A stretch of DNA of 64,000 nt, from positions 5,216,001 through 5,280,000 of the forward strand of contig OY760175.1 in NCBI GenBank assembly GCA_963663165.1. Direction: 5' to 3'. The stretch comes from an uncultured Desulfospira sp. (GTDB taxonomy: Bacteria > Desulfobacterota > Desulfobacteria > Desulfobacterales > Desulfobacteraceae). Below are positions 1 to 10,469 of the stretch, piece by piece. The notes under the pieces are model-generated. The model ran no database searches. It worked only from the letters and a program-made list of their open reading frames with translations, and was not told the origin of the DNA. Numbering within the stretch: the first letter of the stretch is position 1; each line of letters begins with the position of its first letter. The translations under genes were made by a program, and so were the position numbers.

Positions 1-279
1 CTGCCTGAATTGATTGCAAAGGACATGGATGGCTACGAGGCACTGGCCCTGGAACTTGCCCAGAACCCGGGGCGGTTGGCGGAATTTAAAACCAGGATAG
101 CCCAGACCCTCCGGACCGCGCCCCTGTTTGATACGCCAAGGTTTGTTCAAAATCTGGAAAGGGCTTATGAACAAATGTGGCAGGTGTATATCCAGAAATC
201 GCCGGTCCGGCCCATTACCGTTACCGATCCCGTATTAAATGGAGACCGGAAACCGGAGACGGGAGACCGGACTGCGTAA
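1..279 (+). CDS. C-terminal end of a TPR / O-GlcNAc transferase (SPINDLY-like, GT41) protein, partial
   Basis: LPELIA..YEALALELA..APLFDTPRFVQNLERAYEQMW matches the typical GT41 C-terminus; cut by the window edge. Confidence 0.75.
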   Translation: MPELIAKDMDGYEALALELAQNPGRLAEFKTRIAQTLRTAPLFDTPRFVQNLERAYEQMWQVYIQKSPVRPITVTDPVLNGDRKPETGDRTA

Positions 280-313
280 ACCCGGGGGCACCGCGATTTC
301 CGGTCTCCGTTTT
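241..313. repeat. GGAGACC heptamer array followed by an inverted copy
   Basis: ggagacc-ggaaacc-ggagacg-ggagacc, then ttccggtctccgttt. Confidence 0.75.
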
Positions 314-386
314 ATGAATTTGTCAGCAAAGAATACACATTTTAGTTGACAAAGGGTCATGGGATATCTTAACGCTGTGGCAGACC

Positions 387-2696
387 ATGCTTACAAACAA
401 TCCATGGAGCTGCCGCGTGAACCGATCCAGAACTGTCCAGCTGACGCAGGAAGACAGGCCTTTTTCCGGAATCCGGACTTTTTTTCATTCCATTCAGATC
501 CGGTATAAGTTTCTGATCAGCTTTGCGGCGATTTTTTTTCTGTCCATGTTTTTGTGCAACCTGTTTATCTATGCCTATGTCCGGACCAATATCCAGGACC
601 GGATTGAAAGCGAGCTGTCCAATACCACCCGGATGATTCATCATATGGTGAATGCCTCGGTGAATGTGTCCATTAAAAATCATCTTCGGGCCGTGGCGGA
701 AAAGAACCTGGATATCCTGGCCGGGTTGTACAAAAAATCCCGTGCCGGTCTGATTTCAGAACAGGAGGCCCGGACCCGGGCGGCGGATGTGATTTTAAGC
801 CAGACCATCGGCTCGTCCGGATACCTTTACTGCCTGGACAGCAAAGGCGATGTGACGGTCCATCCCAGTGCCGGACTGATCGGCACCAATGTGGCCGGCC
901 ATGCCTTTGCCCGGCAGATGGTGAAAAAAAAAGACGGGTACCTGGAGTATGAGTGGAAAAATCCCGGCGAAGAAACCGCTCTGCCAAAGGCCCTTTATAT
1001 GTCTTATTTTGAACCCTGGGACTGGATCATCGCCATCAGCGCCTACCGGTCGGAATTCATCAAACTGGTCAATGTGGAGGATTTCAGGGAAAGCGTTTTG
1101 TCCTTGAAATTCGGGAAAACCGGATATGCCTTTGTCATTGACAAGGATGCCAATGCCATTATCCATCCGGCCCTTGAGGGGGTGAACATCTTTGAGGCCA
1201 AGGAACTGCCCAACCGGTACCTTGAAGATATGATGGCCCGAAAAAAAGGAAAAACCGTTTACTTCTGGAAAAATCCCGGGGAACCGGAGCCCCGGCTTAA
1301 ACTGGTGATGTTTGATTATATCCCCGAATATCAGTGGATTGTGGCATCCTCGTCTTACCTGGACGAACTTTATTCTCCTTTAAAAACCATCCGGAATGTG
1401 ATTGTGGGCATATCCTTGCTGTTTTTCGTCGTTATGCTGGCCGTGACCTTTGGGATCAGCCGGACCATCACCACACCGCTGCGCCAGTTGATGGCCAGGT
1501 TCAGTGCGGCCACGGCCGGGGATTATTCCACCCGGATGGAGAGTCGGTCAGGGGATGAGGTCGGCCAGCTTTCCCGGTATTTTAACCGGTTCATGGACCA
1601 GCTGGAAACCTCCCATCAAAGCCTTGAGGACCAGATGCGTGTCAGCCGGATGGCGGAGCAGGCCAGAAAGGAAAGCCAGGAGCGGTATTACCTGCTCATG
1701 GAAGCCGCGCCTGACCCCATTGTCAACTATGATATGGAAGGCCGGGTGATTTATATTAATCCGGCCTTTACCCGGGTGTTCGGCTGGAGCCTGGAGGAAT
1801 GCGCCGGCCATAAAATGGATCACTTTGTGCCCAACGCCTGCTGGCCGGAAACCAGGGCCATGATAGCCCAGGTCAATGCCGGGGACGGAATTTTTGATGT
1901 GGAGACCCGAAGATACACCAAAGACGGGCGGACTGTGGATGTCAGCATTTCAGGGGCATCGGCTTTTGACGGCAAAGGAAAGCTTGCCGGCAGCATTATC
2001 ATTCTCAGGGACATCACCCGGTCCAAGGGGCTGGAAAAACAGGTGATGCTGGCCGGAGACCGGGAACGGCTCAACATCGGCCAGGACCTTCATGATGACC
2101 TTTGCCCCCATCTTATCGGGGTTTCAGGCCTTGCGGCCGTTCTCAGGGATAACCTGAAAGGGCGGCAGGACCCCTCCTGCGATCTGGCGGTAAAAATCGG
2201 AGATCTCATGGAAGATGCCGTGGACAAGACCCGGCAGCTGGCCCGGGGACTTTGTCCGGTCCACCTGGTCAGCCAGGGGTTCCAGACCGCATTGGAAGAG
2301 ATTGCCGACCAGTTCTCTTATTTTCCGGGCATCCAGTTTGAATGCCACATGGACCCTGACACCGATATTCTGGAAAACACCTGTGCCATTCACCTTTACC
2401 ATATTGCCCGGGAAGCGGTGAACAATGCCGTTAAGCATTCAGGGGCCGGAACGGTAAATATTTTTCTGGAGCGGGAAACCTTAGCGGACGGCAGCGGCTT
2501 GATTCATTTAAGGGTCACCGATGACGGCAAAGGGATCGGGACATGCCGGTCCGGCCGGGGCATCGGCCTTCAGATCATGGAATACCGGGCAAAGATTATC
2601 GATGCCCAGTTCAATATTGATACCGGGGCCTGGGGAACACAGATTCACGTCAGCCTGAACCCGGTTCTCTGGGAAAAGGAGGCCATGCCGGCATGA
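387..2696 (+). CDS. Membrane sensor histidine kinase (Cache-HAMP-PAS-HisKA_3-HATPase)
   Basis: Two TM segments, Cache-like region, HAMP, PAS, ERxxIGQDLHDD H-box, EAVNNAVKH, DDGKG, GxGL; exact start uncertain. Confidence 0.9.
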   Translation: MLTNNPWSCRVNRSRTVQLTQEDRPFSGIRTFFHSIQIRYKFLISFAAIFFLSMFLCNLFIYAYVRTNIQDRIESELSNTTRMIHHMVNASVNVSIKNHLRAVAEKNLDILAGLYKKSRAGLISEQEARTRAADVILSQTIGSSGYLYCLDSKGDVTVHPSAGLIGTNVAGHAFARQMVKKKDGYLEYEWKNPGEETALPKALYMSYFEPWDWIIAISAYRSEFIKLVNVEDFRESVLSLKFGKTGYAFVIDKDANAIIHPALEGVNIFEAKELPNRYLEDMMARKKGKTVYFWKNPGEPEPRLKLVMFDYIPEYQWIVASSSYLDELYSPLKTIRNVIVGISLLFFVVMLAVTFGISRTITTPLRQLMARFSAATAGDYSTRMESRSGDEVGQLSRYFNRFMDQLETSHQSLEDQMRVSRMAEQARKESQERYYLLMEAAPDPIVNYDMEGRVIYINPAFTRVFGWSLEECAGHKMDHFVPNACWPETRAMIAQVNAGDGIFDVETRRYTKDGRTVDVSISGASAFDGKGKLAGSIIILRDITRSKGLEKQVMLAGDRERLNIGQDLHDDLCPHLIGVSGLAAVLRDNLKGRQDPSCDLAVKIGDLMEDAVDKTRQLARGLCPVHLVSQGFQTALEEIADQFSYFPGIQFECHMDPDTDILENTCAIHLYHIAREAVNNAVKHSGAGTVNIFLERETLADGSGLIHLRVTDDGKGIGTCRSGRGIGLQIMEYRAKIIDAQFNIDTGAWGTQIHVSLNPVLWEKEAMPA

Positions 2697-3358
2697 ACCC
2701 GTTACCCCGCAAAGCCCGTATTGTTATTGTGGATGATCATCCCATCTTTTGCCTTGGCATGAGCGAGCTGATCAACCGGGAGCCGGATCTCACGGTGGCG
2801 GCCTGCCCGGAAACGGCGGATGAGGCTTTAAAGATTGTTCGAGAGGATATGCCGGATTTGATGATCGTGGACATTTCCCTTGCCGAGAGCAACGGGATCG
2901 ACCTGGTGGAAGACCTTCGCCGGGATTATCCGGAACTGCCCGTACTGGTCCTGTCCATGTATGATGATGCCATGTATGCCGAAAGGGCGTTGATGGCGGG
3001 CGCCCGGGGATACGTGATGAAACAGCGGGCCATCGCCCAGGTGGTGGAGGCTGTCCGCCGGGTGCTTTCAGGCCATATCTATGCCAGCGACAAGATCAAG
3101 GACCGGATGCTCAACCATATGATCGCCAGCAAATCATCCGGGAGCGGCTTCAGCCTGGATGCTTTGACCAACCGGGAACTTGAGGTTTTCCGTCTCATGG
3201 GAGAGGGGCTGGATTCAAAAGAGATTGCCGCAAGGCTGAACCTGAGCATGAAAACCGTGGGCACCCACCGGGAAAAAATAAAAGAAAAACTGGAACTCAA
3301 ACATTATACGGAACTGGTTAAGGCGGCCGTACACTGGGTCCACCAAATGAAAAAATAA
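2693..3358 (+). CDS. NarL/LuxR-family response regulator
   Basis: REC domain (VDDHP, D, GYVMK) plus LTNRELEVF..EIA..LNLS.KTV HTH; ATGA overlap with the kinase. Confidence 0.93.
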   Translation: MNPLPRKARIVIVDDHPIFCLGMSELINREPDLTVAACPETADEALKIVREDMPDLMIVDISLAESNGIDLVEDLRRDYPELPVLVLSMYDDAMYAERALMAGARGYVMKQRAIAQVVEAVRRVLSGHIYASDKIKDRMLNHMIASKSSGSGFSLDALTNRELEVFRLMGEGLDSKEIAARLNLSMKTVGTHREKIKEKLELKHYTELVKAAVHWVHQMKK

Positions 3359-3370
3359 CTCAATAAGGGA

Positions 3371-4672
3371 ATGGGTGGCTCTGTTTGTACGCCTTTTCCA
3401 GGAGACTGCATAATCGTGACGGAAATACAAAACCAAAGCAAATCCGGCTATTATTCATGGCTGATCGTTTTATCCGCTTTTTTTTATTGCATCATCTGGT
3501 CAGGTCTCAGTTATTACGTGTTTAGCGTGTTTGTTAAACCACTGCAAGCGGAGTTTGGCTGGGAGCGGTCGGCCATTATGGCGGGTTTTTTAGCCTGGTC
3601 ATTAACCAATGGCATAGCCAGCATATTTGTCGGCAGAGCCGTTGACCGGTTTCACCCCAAAAGGGTTATGATGGCTGGGGCTGGTATTACCTGTATTGGT
3701 TTCATCGCACTCAGTTGCGTTCAATCCATATTTCATTTTTATCTTGGCTATATCATTGTGGGCATCGGGATAGCCTCCACAGGGCAGGTGCCCTGCAGCA
3801 CCCTGATATCGGAATGGTTTGAAAATAAAAGAGGACTGGCCATCGGATTCATGTCCGTTGGGGTGGGGGTCGGCGGGCTGATTGCACCGGCATTGGCCGG
3901 CGGTTACCTGATACCGGTATTCGGGTGGCGGACGGCCTACCTGATTCTGGGCATTATCGCATTTGTCATCCTTTTCCCCATAGCGTTATTGGTCATCAAA
4001 CCCAAGGCCGGCAAACAGGCCCTTTGTTCGACTGCCCAGAAGAATAAACATGCCGTTTCCAAGCCTGAAACACAGGACCGGAAGTCTAAAAACCGGTACC
4101 TGTTCTCACCGCTGCTCTGGCTGATCGCCCTCTCATTTCTCGTCAGTCAGTTCGGGCTGACAGGCACATTGCAAAATCAGGTCCCCCACATGATAGATAT
4201 CGGCTTTTCACCAATTGTTGCCTCCTCCATACTGGGAATGATCGGTTTGTTCAGCTCGTTGGGGAAGTTGTTTTTCGGATGGTTGTGTGATTTTATCCAA
4301 GTCAGATATGCGTTCATGATCACCGTGCTGCTTGAGGCAGTCGGAACAGCCATACTTTTATCGCTGACGCCGGATACGCCCTTTGCCGTTATGTGGATTT
4401 ATGCGTTTTCCATTGGGATTGGCGGGGGCACCTGGCTGCCCATCATGTCCATGTATATCAGCCGGGGGTTTCCGATTCAATATTATGGAACCCTTTTTGG
4501 ATTTGTTAATTTTTGTTTTTGTATCGGGGTCGCTTTTGGACCTGTTTTTGCCGGCGCCCTCTTTGATCATTATGGAAATTACCATATGGCATTTAAAATC
4601 TTTTTAGGCGGCTACGCATTGGCCGTCATCATGGGTTTTTTCTCAAAACCGGACAAAAAAGAAGCCGCGTAA
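3371..4672 (+). CDS. MFS transporter (OFA/monocarboxylate-like)
   Basis: About 12 hydrophobic segments, GRAVDRFHPK and GWLCD motif A, WFENKRGLA; start may lie slightly downstream. Confidence 0.88.
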   Translation: MGGSVCTPFPGDCIIVTEIQNQSKSGYYSWLIVLSAFFYCIIWSGLSYYVFSVFVKPLQAEFGWERSAIMAGFLAWSLTNGIASIFVGRAVDRFHPKRVMMAGAGITCIGFIALSCVQSIFHFYLGYIIVGIGIASTGQVPCSTLISEWFENKRGLAIGFMSVGVGVGGLIAPALAGGYLIPVFGWRTAYLILGIIAFVILFPIALLVIKPKAGKQALCSTAQKNKHAVSKPETQDRKSKNRYLFSPLLWLIALSFLVSQFGLTGTLQNQVPHMIDIGFSPIVASSILGMIGLFSSLGKLFFGWLCDFIQVRYAFMITVLLEAVGTAILLSLTPDTPFAVMWIYAFSIGIGGGTWLPIMSMYISRGFPIQYYGTLFGFVNFCFCIGVAFGPVFAGALFDHYGNYHMAFKIFLGGYALAVIMGFFSKPDKKEAA

Positions 4673-4835
4673 CTGCCTTCATCCTTAACTTGTAGGGTAA
4701 AAACCTATGGGGGGTCAGTCCTGCGGCTATAAGAATATGAGGCGGTTGCCGATTGAATCTTTATCTTGCGGGTTGGCAAGGATAGCCAGGTCACTTCGTC
4801 CTAAAAAAATCACTTTTAACAAGGAGGATTCAGCC

Positions 4836-6446
4836 ATGTCAGACAAAATCGTTAATTACGATCTTCTCAGCCCCACTAACTTTTTGGCCCGGAGTGTGGA
4901 AGTGTTTCCCGACAAGACCGCCATCATCTACGGGGAAAAATCCTTTACCTGGGTACAGTTCCAGGAACGGGTGTTCCGTCTGGCCAATGCCCTGAAGGCC
5001 AAGGGGATCGGCCCCGGGGACAAGGTGGCGTTTATCTGTCCGAATATTCCGCCCATGCTGGAGGCCCATTATGCAGTGCCCCTGCTCGGGGCGGCCCTGG
5101 TATCCATCAATATCCGGCTGTCCGCCGGTGAGATTGCCTATATTATCAACCATTCCGATGCCAGGGTCGTGGTCGCTGACAACGAATTCGGCAAGGTAGT
5201 GGCCGGGGTGGCCGGTGAACTTTCTGCCGTGGAAACCTTTGTGAACGTCTGCGACATTGACGATTCCATGCCCCTGGACGGTCCCGAGTATGAAAGTTTT
5301 CTGGCAGACAGTTCGACCGAACCGGTTTCGCTGGCCATTACGGATGAACGGGATATTCTTTCCATTAATTATACCTCGGGCACTACGGGCCGGCCCAAAG
5401 GGGTCATGTACCACCACCGGGGAGGGTATCTGAACGCCATAGGGGAAATTTTAGAGTTTAAGGTCACCGATACGAGCAGGTACCTGTGGACCCTGCCCAT
5501 GTTCCATTGCAATGGATGGTGCTTTACCTGGGGGCTTACGGCCATGGGCGCCACCCATGTCTGTTTAAGAAAGGTGGAACCCGCTGAAATTTACCGGACC
5601 ATTGAAGACGTCGGCATCACCCATCTGTGTGCCGCGCCCACCATCCTGATCGGCATGTCTGCCTTTGCCAAGGAAAACCAGGTTAAGCTTTCCCATGGCC
5701 TGGAGATCATGACCGCCGGGGCCCCGCCGGCCCCCATGGTAATCCAGAACATGGAAAGCATTGGCGCCAACATCACCCAGACCTATGGCCTTACCGAGGT
5801 TTTCGGCCCCCATTCCGTATGCCAGTGGCAGGAGAAATGGAATGATCTGGAACCCATGGCCAAGGCCGGGCTCAAGGCCCGCCAGGGGGTTGCCTTTATT
5901 GTGGCCGAGCATATGGATGTGGTGGACCCCATGACCATGGAACCGGTGCCCAGGGACGGTAAAACCATGGGGGAAATCGTCATGCGGGGAAACAATGTCA
6001 TGCTCGGGTATTATAAGGATGAGGCCGCCACCGCAGAGGCTTTCAGAGGTGGCTGGTTCCATTCCGGGGACCTGGCCGTGATGCATCCGGACAACTATGC
6101 CCAGATCATGGACCGGAAAAAGGACATTATCATTTCCGGCGGTGAAAACATTTCAACCGTTGAGATTGAAAATGTGCTTTACAATCATCCCGATGTCCTG
6201 GAAGTGGCCGTTGTCCCGGTCCCGGATGAAAAGTGGGGAGAAGTTCCCAAGGCCTTTATTGTGCCGCGGGCCGATTCAAACCCTGATCCCGGGGAACTGA
6301 TCGCATTCTGCAAGGAAAAACTGGCCCGGTTTAAGGCGCCCAAACATATCGAGTTTGGGCCGCTGCCCAAAACCGCAACGGGAAAAATTCAGAAATTCAA
6401 GCTTCGGGAAAAGGAGTGGAAAGGGCGCGACCGCATGGTTAATTAG
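4836..6446 (+). CDS. Acyl-CoA synthetase (AMP-binding family)
   Basis: YTSGTTGRPKG, YGLTE, WFHSGD, PKTATGK; AAGGAGG RBS places the start at ATG 4836. Confidence 0.93.
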   Translation: MSDKIVNYDLLSPTNFLARSVEVFPDKTAIIYGEKSFTWVQFQERVFRLANALKAKGIGPGDKVAFICPNIPPMLEAHYAVPLLGAALVSINIRLSAGEIAYIINHSDARVVVADNEFGKVVAGVAGELSAVETFVNVCDIDDSMPLDGPEYESFLADSSTEPVSLAITDERDILSINYTSGTTGRPKGVMYHHRGGYLNAIGEILEFKVTDTSRYLWTLPMFHCNGWCFTWGLTAMGATHVCLRKVEPAEIYRTIEDVGITHLCAAPTILIGMSAFAKENQVKLSHGLEIMTAGAPPAPMVIQNMESIGANITQTYGLTEVFGPHSVCQWQEKWNDLEPMAKAGLKARQGVAFIVAEHMDVVDPMTMEPVPRDGKTMGEIVMRGNNVMLGYYKDEAATAEAFRGGWFHSGDLAVMHPDNYAQIMDRKKDIIISGGENISTVEIENVLYNHPDVLEVAVVPVPDEKWGEVPKAFIVPRADSNPDPGELIAFCKEKLARFKAPKHIEFGPLPKTATGKIQKFKLREKEWKGRDRMVN

Positions 6447-6672
6447 CGGGAAAATTATGAAGAAAATGTGTTAAAATTATCGGAAACTTGAACTTTATTT
6501 TTGATGTTGGGATAATTGCCGCCATCAGGAAGATAATGAAATTGAGACCGGCAACACAAGGGGTATTGCCGGCGGGTTGCTCGAAAACATGATGATTTCC
6601 GGCCACCTCATTTTTTTAATTTCCGATCAAGGGTTGCCGGGCACAAAGCGGCCCTGAAAAAAGGGGGCAACA

Positions 6673-7137
6673 ATGAACATCCAGGGAATAGGGCAGGTAT
6701 TTACGGCTTACCAGCCGGAGTCTGTTTCCAGCGACACCCAGTCATTGGAATATGATGTCCAAAGCATCATATCTGAAGAAGACAGCAATGGTGACGGTTT
6801 TCTGACCATTGATGAAACAGTCCTTTCTGAAGATATGTTTTCCGATTTTGATGCCGATGGCGACGGACTTCTCACGGCCGAAGAAATTGAGGCCATGGAA
6901 CCGCCTGCCCAGCCGCCGGAAGGCGGCGATATGGTGCCTGGTGAGGAGGATGATTCAGCATATGATACCCTGATCAGCGCATTGGAATCCTCAGAGCAGA
7001 CCGGTCGGGAAAATGAGCAGAACCTGTTACAGACCATGGCCATGAGAGCCTACCAGGATACCCTGGCTCAAGCCATGAACTTTGAAAATGAATATGACAC
7101 AACCGGCCAGAGCGAGTTACTTCAAATCTTAGCTTAG
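6673..7137 (+). CDS. Acidic EF-hand protein
   Basis: Two EF-hand loops, DSNGDGFLTIDE and DADGDGLLTAEE. Confidence 0.8.
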   Translation: MNIQGIGQVFTAYQPESVSSDTQSLEYDVQSIISEEDSNGDGFLTIDETVLSEDMFSDFDADGDGLLTAEEIEAMEPPAQPPEGGDMVPGEEDDSAYDTLISALESSEQTGRENEQNLLQTMAMRAYQDTLAQAMNFENEYDTTGQSELLQILA

Positions 7138-7174
7138 CGCCGTTTTTCCCCTCGAAGCGATTCCCTCCTCCCTG

Positions 7175-7206
7175 AAGGGGCGGTTAATTAACTTAACCGC
7201 TCCTTT
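7175..7206 (+). terminator. Hairpin after the EF-hand gene
   Basis: aaggggcggttaa / ttaaccgctcctt. Confidence 0.55.
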
Positions 7207-7291
7207 CCTCGCCTTTCCCTGATCTGGTTTTTATGGTAATTTTTTTCTTTACGCCACTCGAAATTACATATGAAACTCAACAGGATGAGAC

Positions 7292-7990
7292 ATGATGAAA
7301 AAAAGGTACAAAAGAATTCTTTATAGATATATTTTACCTTACGCCGGGGTTTTTCTGGTCAGGCTGCTGTCAGCCACATACCGGGTCAGAATCCTTGACC
7401 CGGAAAATGAATTTCAATTTATCCAAAGGAAAAAAGGCCTGGTCTATGCTTCATGGCATCAGCGGTTTTTTCCAGGGATCACCTTTTTTTCTTTCCGCCG
7501 GCCCATTGCCATTATCATTTCCCAGAGCCGGGACGGGGAGATGGCGGCCCGGGCCGTGGAGGTTCTTGGCTGGAAAGCCATCCGGGGCTCTTCTACCCGC
7601 GGGGGAAGACAGGCCCTGGAAGAAATTAAGGCCCTTGGCCGGTCAGGGTACAAGGTCGGCCATATAGTAGACGGCCCCCAGGGCCCTTTTGGGAAGGTCA
7701 AGCCCGGGATTGTCCGGATTGCCCAGTATGCCGGCCTGCCAATTGTGCCGACCATTACCTCCGGCCAGAACCGCTGGGTGTTCAATTCCTGGGACCGGTT
7801 TATGATTCCCAAACCTTTTTCCCGGGTGATCATCCGGTTTGGGGAACCGGTCTGGGTGCCTGAAGACCTAACCCCGGAAGAATTTGCGGCGGTTCAGGCG
7901 GATCTGGAACAAAGACTGGCCAGGATTTACGAGGACACAGACCGGATCTGGGAAGACCCGGATCGGGCCGGGCTGGTTTTTCATAAATGA
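7292..7990 (+). CDS. DUF374 / lysophospholipid acyltransferase family protein
   Basis: WHQR, SxSRDGE, IRGSSTRGG, DGPQGP, SWDRFMIPKPF. Confidence 0.88.
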   Translation: MMKKRYKRILYRYILPYAGVFLVRLLSATYRVRILDPENEFQFIQRKKGLVYASWHQRFFPGITFFSFRRPIAIIISQSRDGEMAARAVEVLGWKAIRGSSTRGGRQALEEIKALGRSGYKVGHIVDGPQGPFGKVKPGIVRIAQYAGLPIVPTITSGQNRWVFNSWDRFMIPKPFSRVIIRFGEPVWVPEDLTPEEFAAVQADLEQRLARIYEDTDRIWEDPDRAGLVFHK

Positions 7991-7991
7991 T

Positions 7992-8020
7992 TTGACAAAA
8001 TCCGTATTAATACGTATGGT
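7992..8020 (+). promoter_or_regulatory. Sigma70-type promoter with a palindrome in its spacer
   Basis: TTGACA-17 nt-TATGGT; spacer contains the perfect palindrome CGTATTAATACG. Confidence 0.5.
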
Positions 8021-8101
8021 TTATAGTTAAAAGGGATATTGGATCCTTAAAGCAAAAACAAACAACCGCCCAAATGCCCTGCGGGGCGTCATGAGGGAAA
8101 A

Positions 8102-8404
8102 ATGCTGACCGCCGTATCCAACATAAATTTTACAACCGGATATCAGGTTCAGCAGGCTGTTTTAGACAATTCATCCAATACCACAAACACCTCCGGGGAA
8201 CAGGCCAACACTGAAGATAAAGTGAGCCTGTCCCAAAAAAGCGGCGCGATTGAGCAGGCATATGCCCAGAAAAAATCTGAATTGGAGCAGACATATAACA
8301 GCGAAGTCCAAAAGCTTGAAAGAGAGTACGAGCAGGACAGAAAACAGCTTGATAAAGAACTTAGCCGGAAAAAACAGGCTTTAGGGGTAAATATTTACGC
8401 CTGA
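8102..8404 (+). CDS. Hypothetical coiled-coil protein with a DKVSLS motif
   Basis: GAGGG RBS, own promoter and terminator, polar N-terminus then coiled coil. Confidence 0.7.
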   Translation: MLTAVSNINFTTGYQVQQAVLDNSSNTTNTSGEQANTEDKVSLSQKSGAIEQAYAQKKSELEQTYNSEVQKLEREYEQDRKQLDKELSRKKQALGVNIYA

Positions 8405-8459
8405 ACCTTAACCTGTCGACCGGCCCGCATTAAGGTTTTTTAGACTGTGGGTTGCCATG

Positions 8460-8504
8460 CCCGTGAATTCATCTTCATTCGGGGAAGAATTTACGGGTTT
8501 TTTT
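8460..8504 (+). terminator. Intrinsic terminator
   Basis: cccgtgaattc / gaatttacggg followed by T7. Confidence 0.6.
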
Positions 8505-8677
8505 ATGAAAAATCAGATCCATGACGGGTCAGCCGGTATGAATCACAACCCCTGGCATTTATCCCATCACTTTTTTAAATGAATTTTTTATGGCGGTAAG
8601 TTTTGGATTGTAATAAAAAATTAAAATTGGTATCAGCATCCCGGCGATCATAACCCCTGAAGTTCAGTTGAGATAAC

Positions 8678-9409
8678 ATGGCCAACATTATTGACGTACA
8701 AGATCTGAAAAAATCATATAACGGTGCGCCTGCCGTTGAGGGCGTAAGCCTTTCCATCGGTCCGGGCACCTGCTACGGGCTGTTAGGCCCTAACGGGGCC
8801 GGGAAAACCACTACTGTAGAAATGATGGAAGATATCCTGGCACCGGATTCAGGCAGCATTCTGTACAAGGGGAACCCCAGGGGGACGCTGTTCAAACAGG
8901 AAGTGGGCATTCAGTTTCAGCAGACCGAACTGTTTTCCTTTTTAACGGTTTTGGAGACCTTGAGGACCTTCGCTGCTTTTTATGACCATCCGCTGCCTGT
9001 GGAACAGGTCATGGCCATGTGCATGCTGGACAGTATTCAAGATAAAATGAACAATAAAATTTCAGGGGGCCAGCGCCAGCGGCTGCTGCTTGCCCTTGCC
9101 CTGATCAATGATCCGGATCTGATCTTCCTGGACGAACCTTCCACGGGCCTGGACCCCCAGGCCCGTCAGCACGTGTGGCAGATCATTAAAGATATCAAGG
9201 CCCGGGGAAAAACCGTTGTCCTGACCACCCATTACATGGAAGAGGCCACGGTGTTGTGCGACACCTTAGGGATCATGGATCAGGGCCGCATTATTGAGAC
9301 TGGTACCCCGGGCCGGCTCATTGAGCGGCACTGCAGTAAAATGGCCCCTGAAAAACGGAACCTGGAATCCGTATTTCTCAAATTAACCGGAAAGCGCCTG
9401 AGGGAATAA
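8678..9409 (+). CDS. ABC-2 type exporter ATP-binding protein
   Basis: GPNGAGKTT, ISGGQRQR, LDEPSTGLD, TTH. Confidence 0.93.
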   Translation: MANIIDVQDLKKSYNGAPAVEGVSLSIGPGTCYGLLGPNGAGKTTTVEMMEDILAPDSGSILYKGNPRGTLFKQEVGIQFQQTELFSFLTVLETLRTFAAFYDHPLPVEQVMAMCMLDSIQDKMNNKISGGQRQRLLLALALINDPDLIFLDEPSTGLDPQARQHVWQIIKDIKARGKTVVLTTHYMEEATVLCDTLGIMDQGRIIETGTPGRLIERHCSKMAPEKRNLESVFLKLTGKRLRE

Positions 9410-9413
9410 GGGG

Positions 9414-10466
9414 ATGAAATTTAGAAGAATATGGGTTCTGTTCCTGGCGCGAAACCGTGAATTTTACAGGGACAAGGCAGGCTTTGGCTGGAACATCCTG
9501 TTTCCTTTTTTAATTGTGATCGGATTTGGCCTGATGTTCGGGACCGGCGCCAAAAAGGAGTTCAAGGCCGGGATTTTTCCGGTTTCAGATTCACCGGGCT
9601 GGACAGCATCTTTGAACATTCCGGAAAAGTTTAAGGCCAATGGTGTTATACAAATGGTCCCCCTGGCATCAAAGGATCGGGGCCTGGACCTGCTGATTCA
9701 CCATAAAATTGATATTCTCATAGAAAACAATACCGCTCCTTTGGCTTACTGGCTCAATGATTCATCTCCCAAAGGACGGCTGATGGAAAAAGTGGTTAAA
9801 GAGGCCATGATCCCGGAATCCCGGTTTGAAGGGCTGGTGGTCCGCCAGGCCATTAAAGGAGAGCAGGTCCGATATATTGACTGGCTGTTTCCCGGCATTC
9901 TTGGTATGAACATGATGTTTTCAGCCTTTTTTGGGGTGGGATACGTCATTGTCCGGTATCGGCGAAGCGGGGTTCTTAAACGATTGAAAGCTACGCCTGT
10001 GAGCGCCTTTGAATATCTGACCGCCCAGCTCATATCCCGGGTGGTGATCCTGATGGTTTCGTGTGCCCTGGTATGGGCCGGTTGTGATCTGATTTTTTCC
10101 TTTCAGATGAAAGGCAGTTACCTGGATGCGTTTCTGGTGTTTCTGGCCGGGACCATCTGCCTGATTGCCTTCGGGCTGGTGCTGGCCTCAAGAGGTATCA
10201 ATGAGGAGCTGACCTCGGGAGTGATCAACTTTATCTGTTGGCCCATGATGTTTTTGTCTGAAGTCTGGTTCTCCATTGAAGGGTCTTCGGAATGGATTAA
10301 AACCGTGTCATCCTGTCTGCCGCTCACCCATTTTTTAAGGGCGGCCCGGGCCGTGATCAACGATGGGGCGGGGCTTTCCCAGGTTTCCCATGAACTTTTT
10401 GTCATGGGCGTGATGAGCCTGGTATGTCTGGCCATTGGTGCCTGGATGTTTTCGTGGACCAAATGA
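9414..10466 (+). CDS. ABC-2 type exporter permease
   Basis: YIDWLFPGILGM, GVLKRLKATP, LPLTH; adjacent to the ATPase. Confidence 0.9.
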   Translation: MKFRRIWVLFLARNREFYRDKAGFGWNILFPFLIVIGFGLMFGTGAKKEFKAGIFPVSDSPGWTASLNIPEKFKANGVIQMVPLASKDRGLDLLIHHKIDILIENNTAPLAYWLNDSSPKGRLMEKVVKEAMIPESRFEGLVVRQAIKGEQVRYIDWLFPGILGMNMMFSAFFGVGYVIVRYRRSGVLKRLKATPVSAFEYLTAQLISRVVILMVSCALVWAGCDLIFSFQMKGSYLDAFLVFLAGTICLIAFGLVLASRGINEELTSGVINFICWPMMFLSEVWFSIEGSSEWIKTVSSCLPLTHFLRAARAVINDGAGLSQVSHELFVMGVMSLVCLAIGAWMFSWTK

Positions 10467-10469
10467 AAT

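Noticed and set aside
6480..6672. c-di-GMP riboswitch or sigma28 promoter before the EF-hand gene
   Set aside because: Riboswitch core motifs are absent; a CCGAT is present but with no correctly spaced -35.
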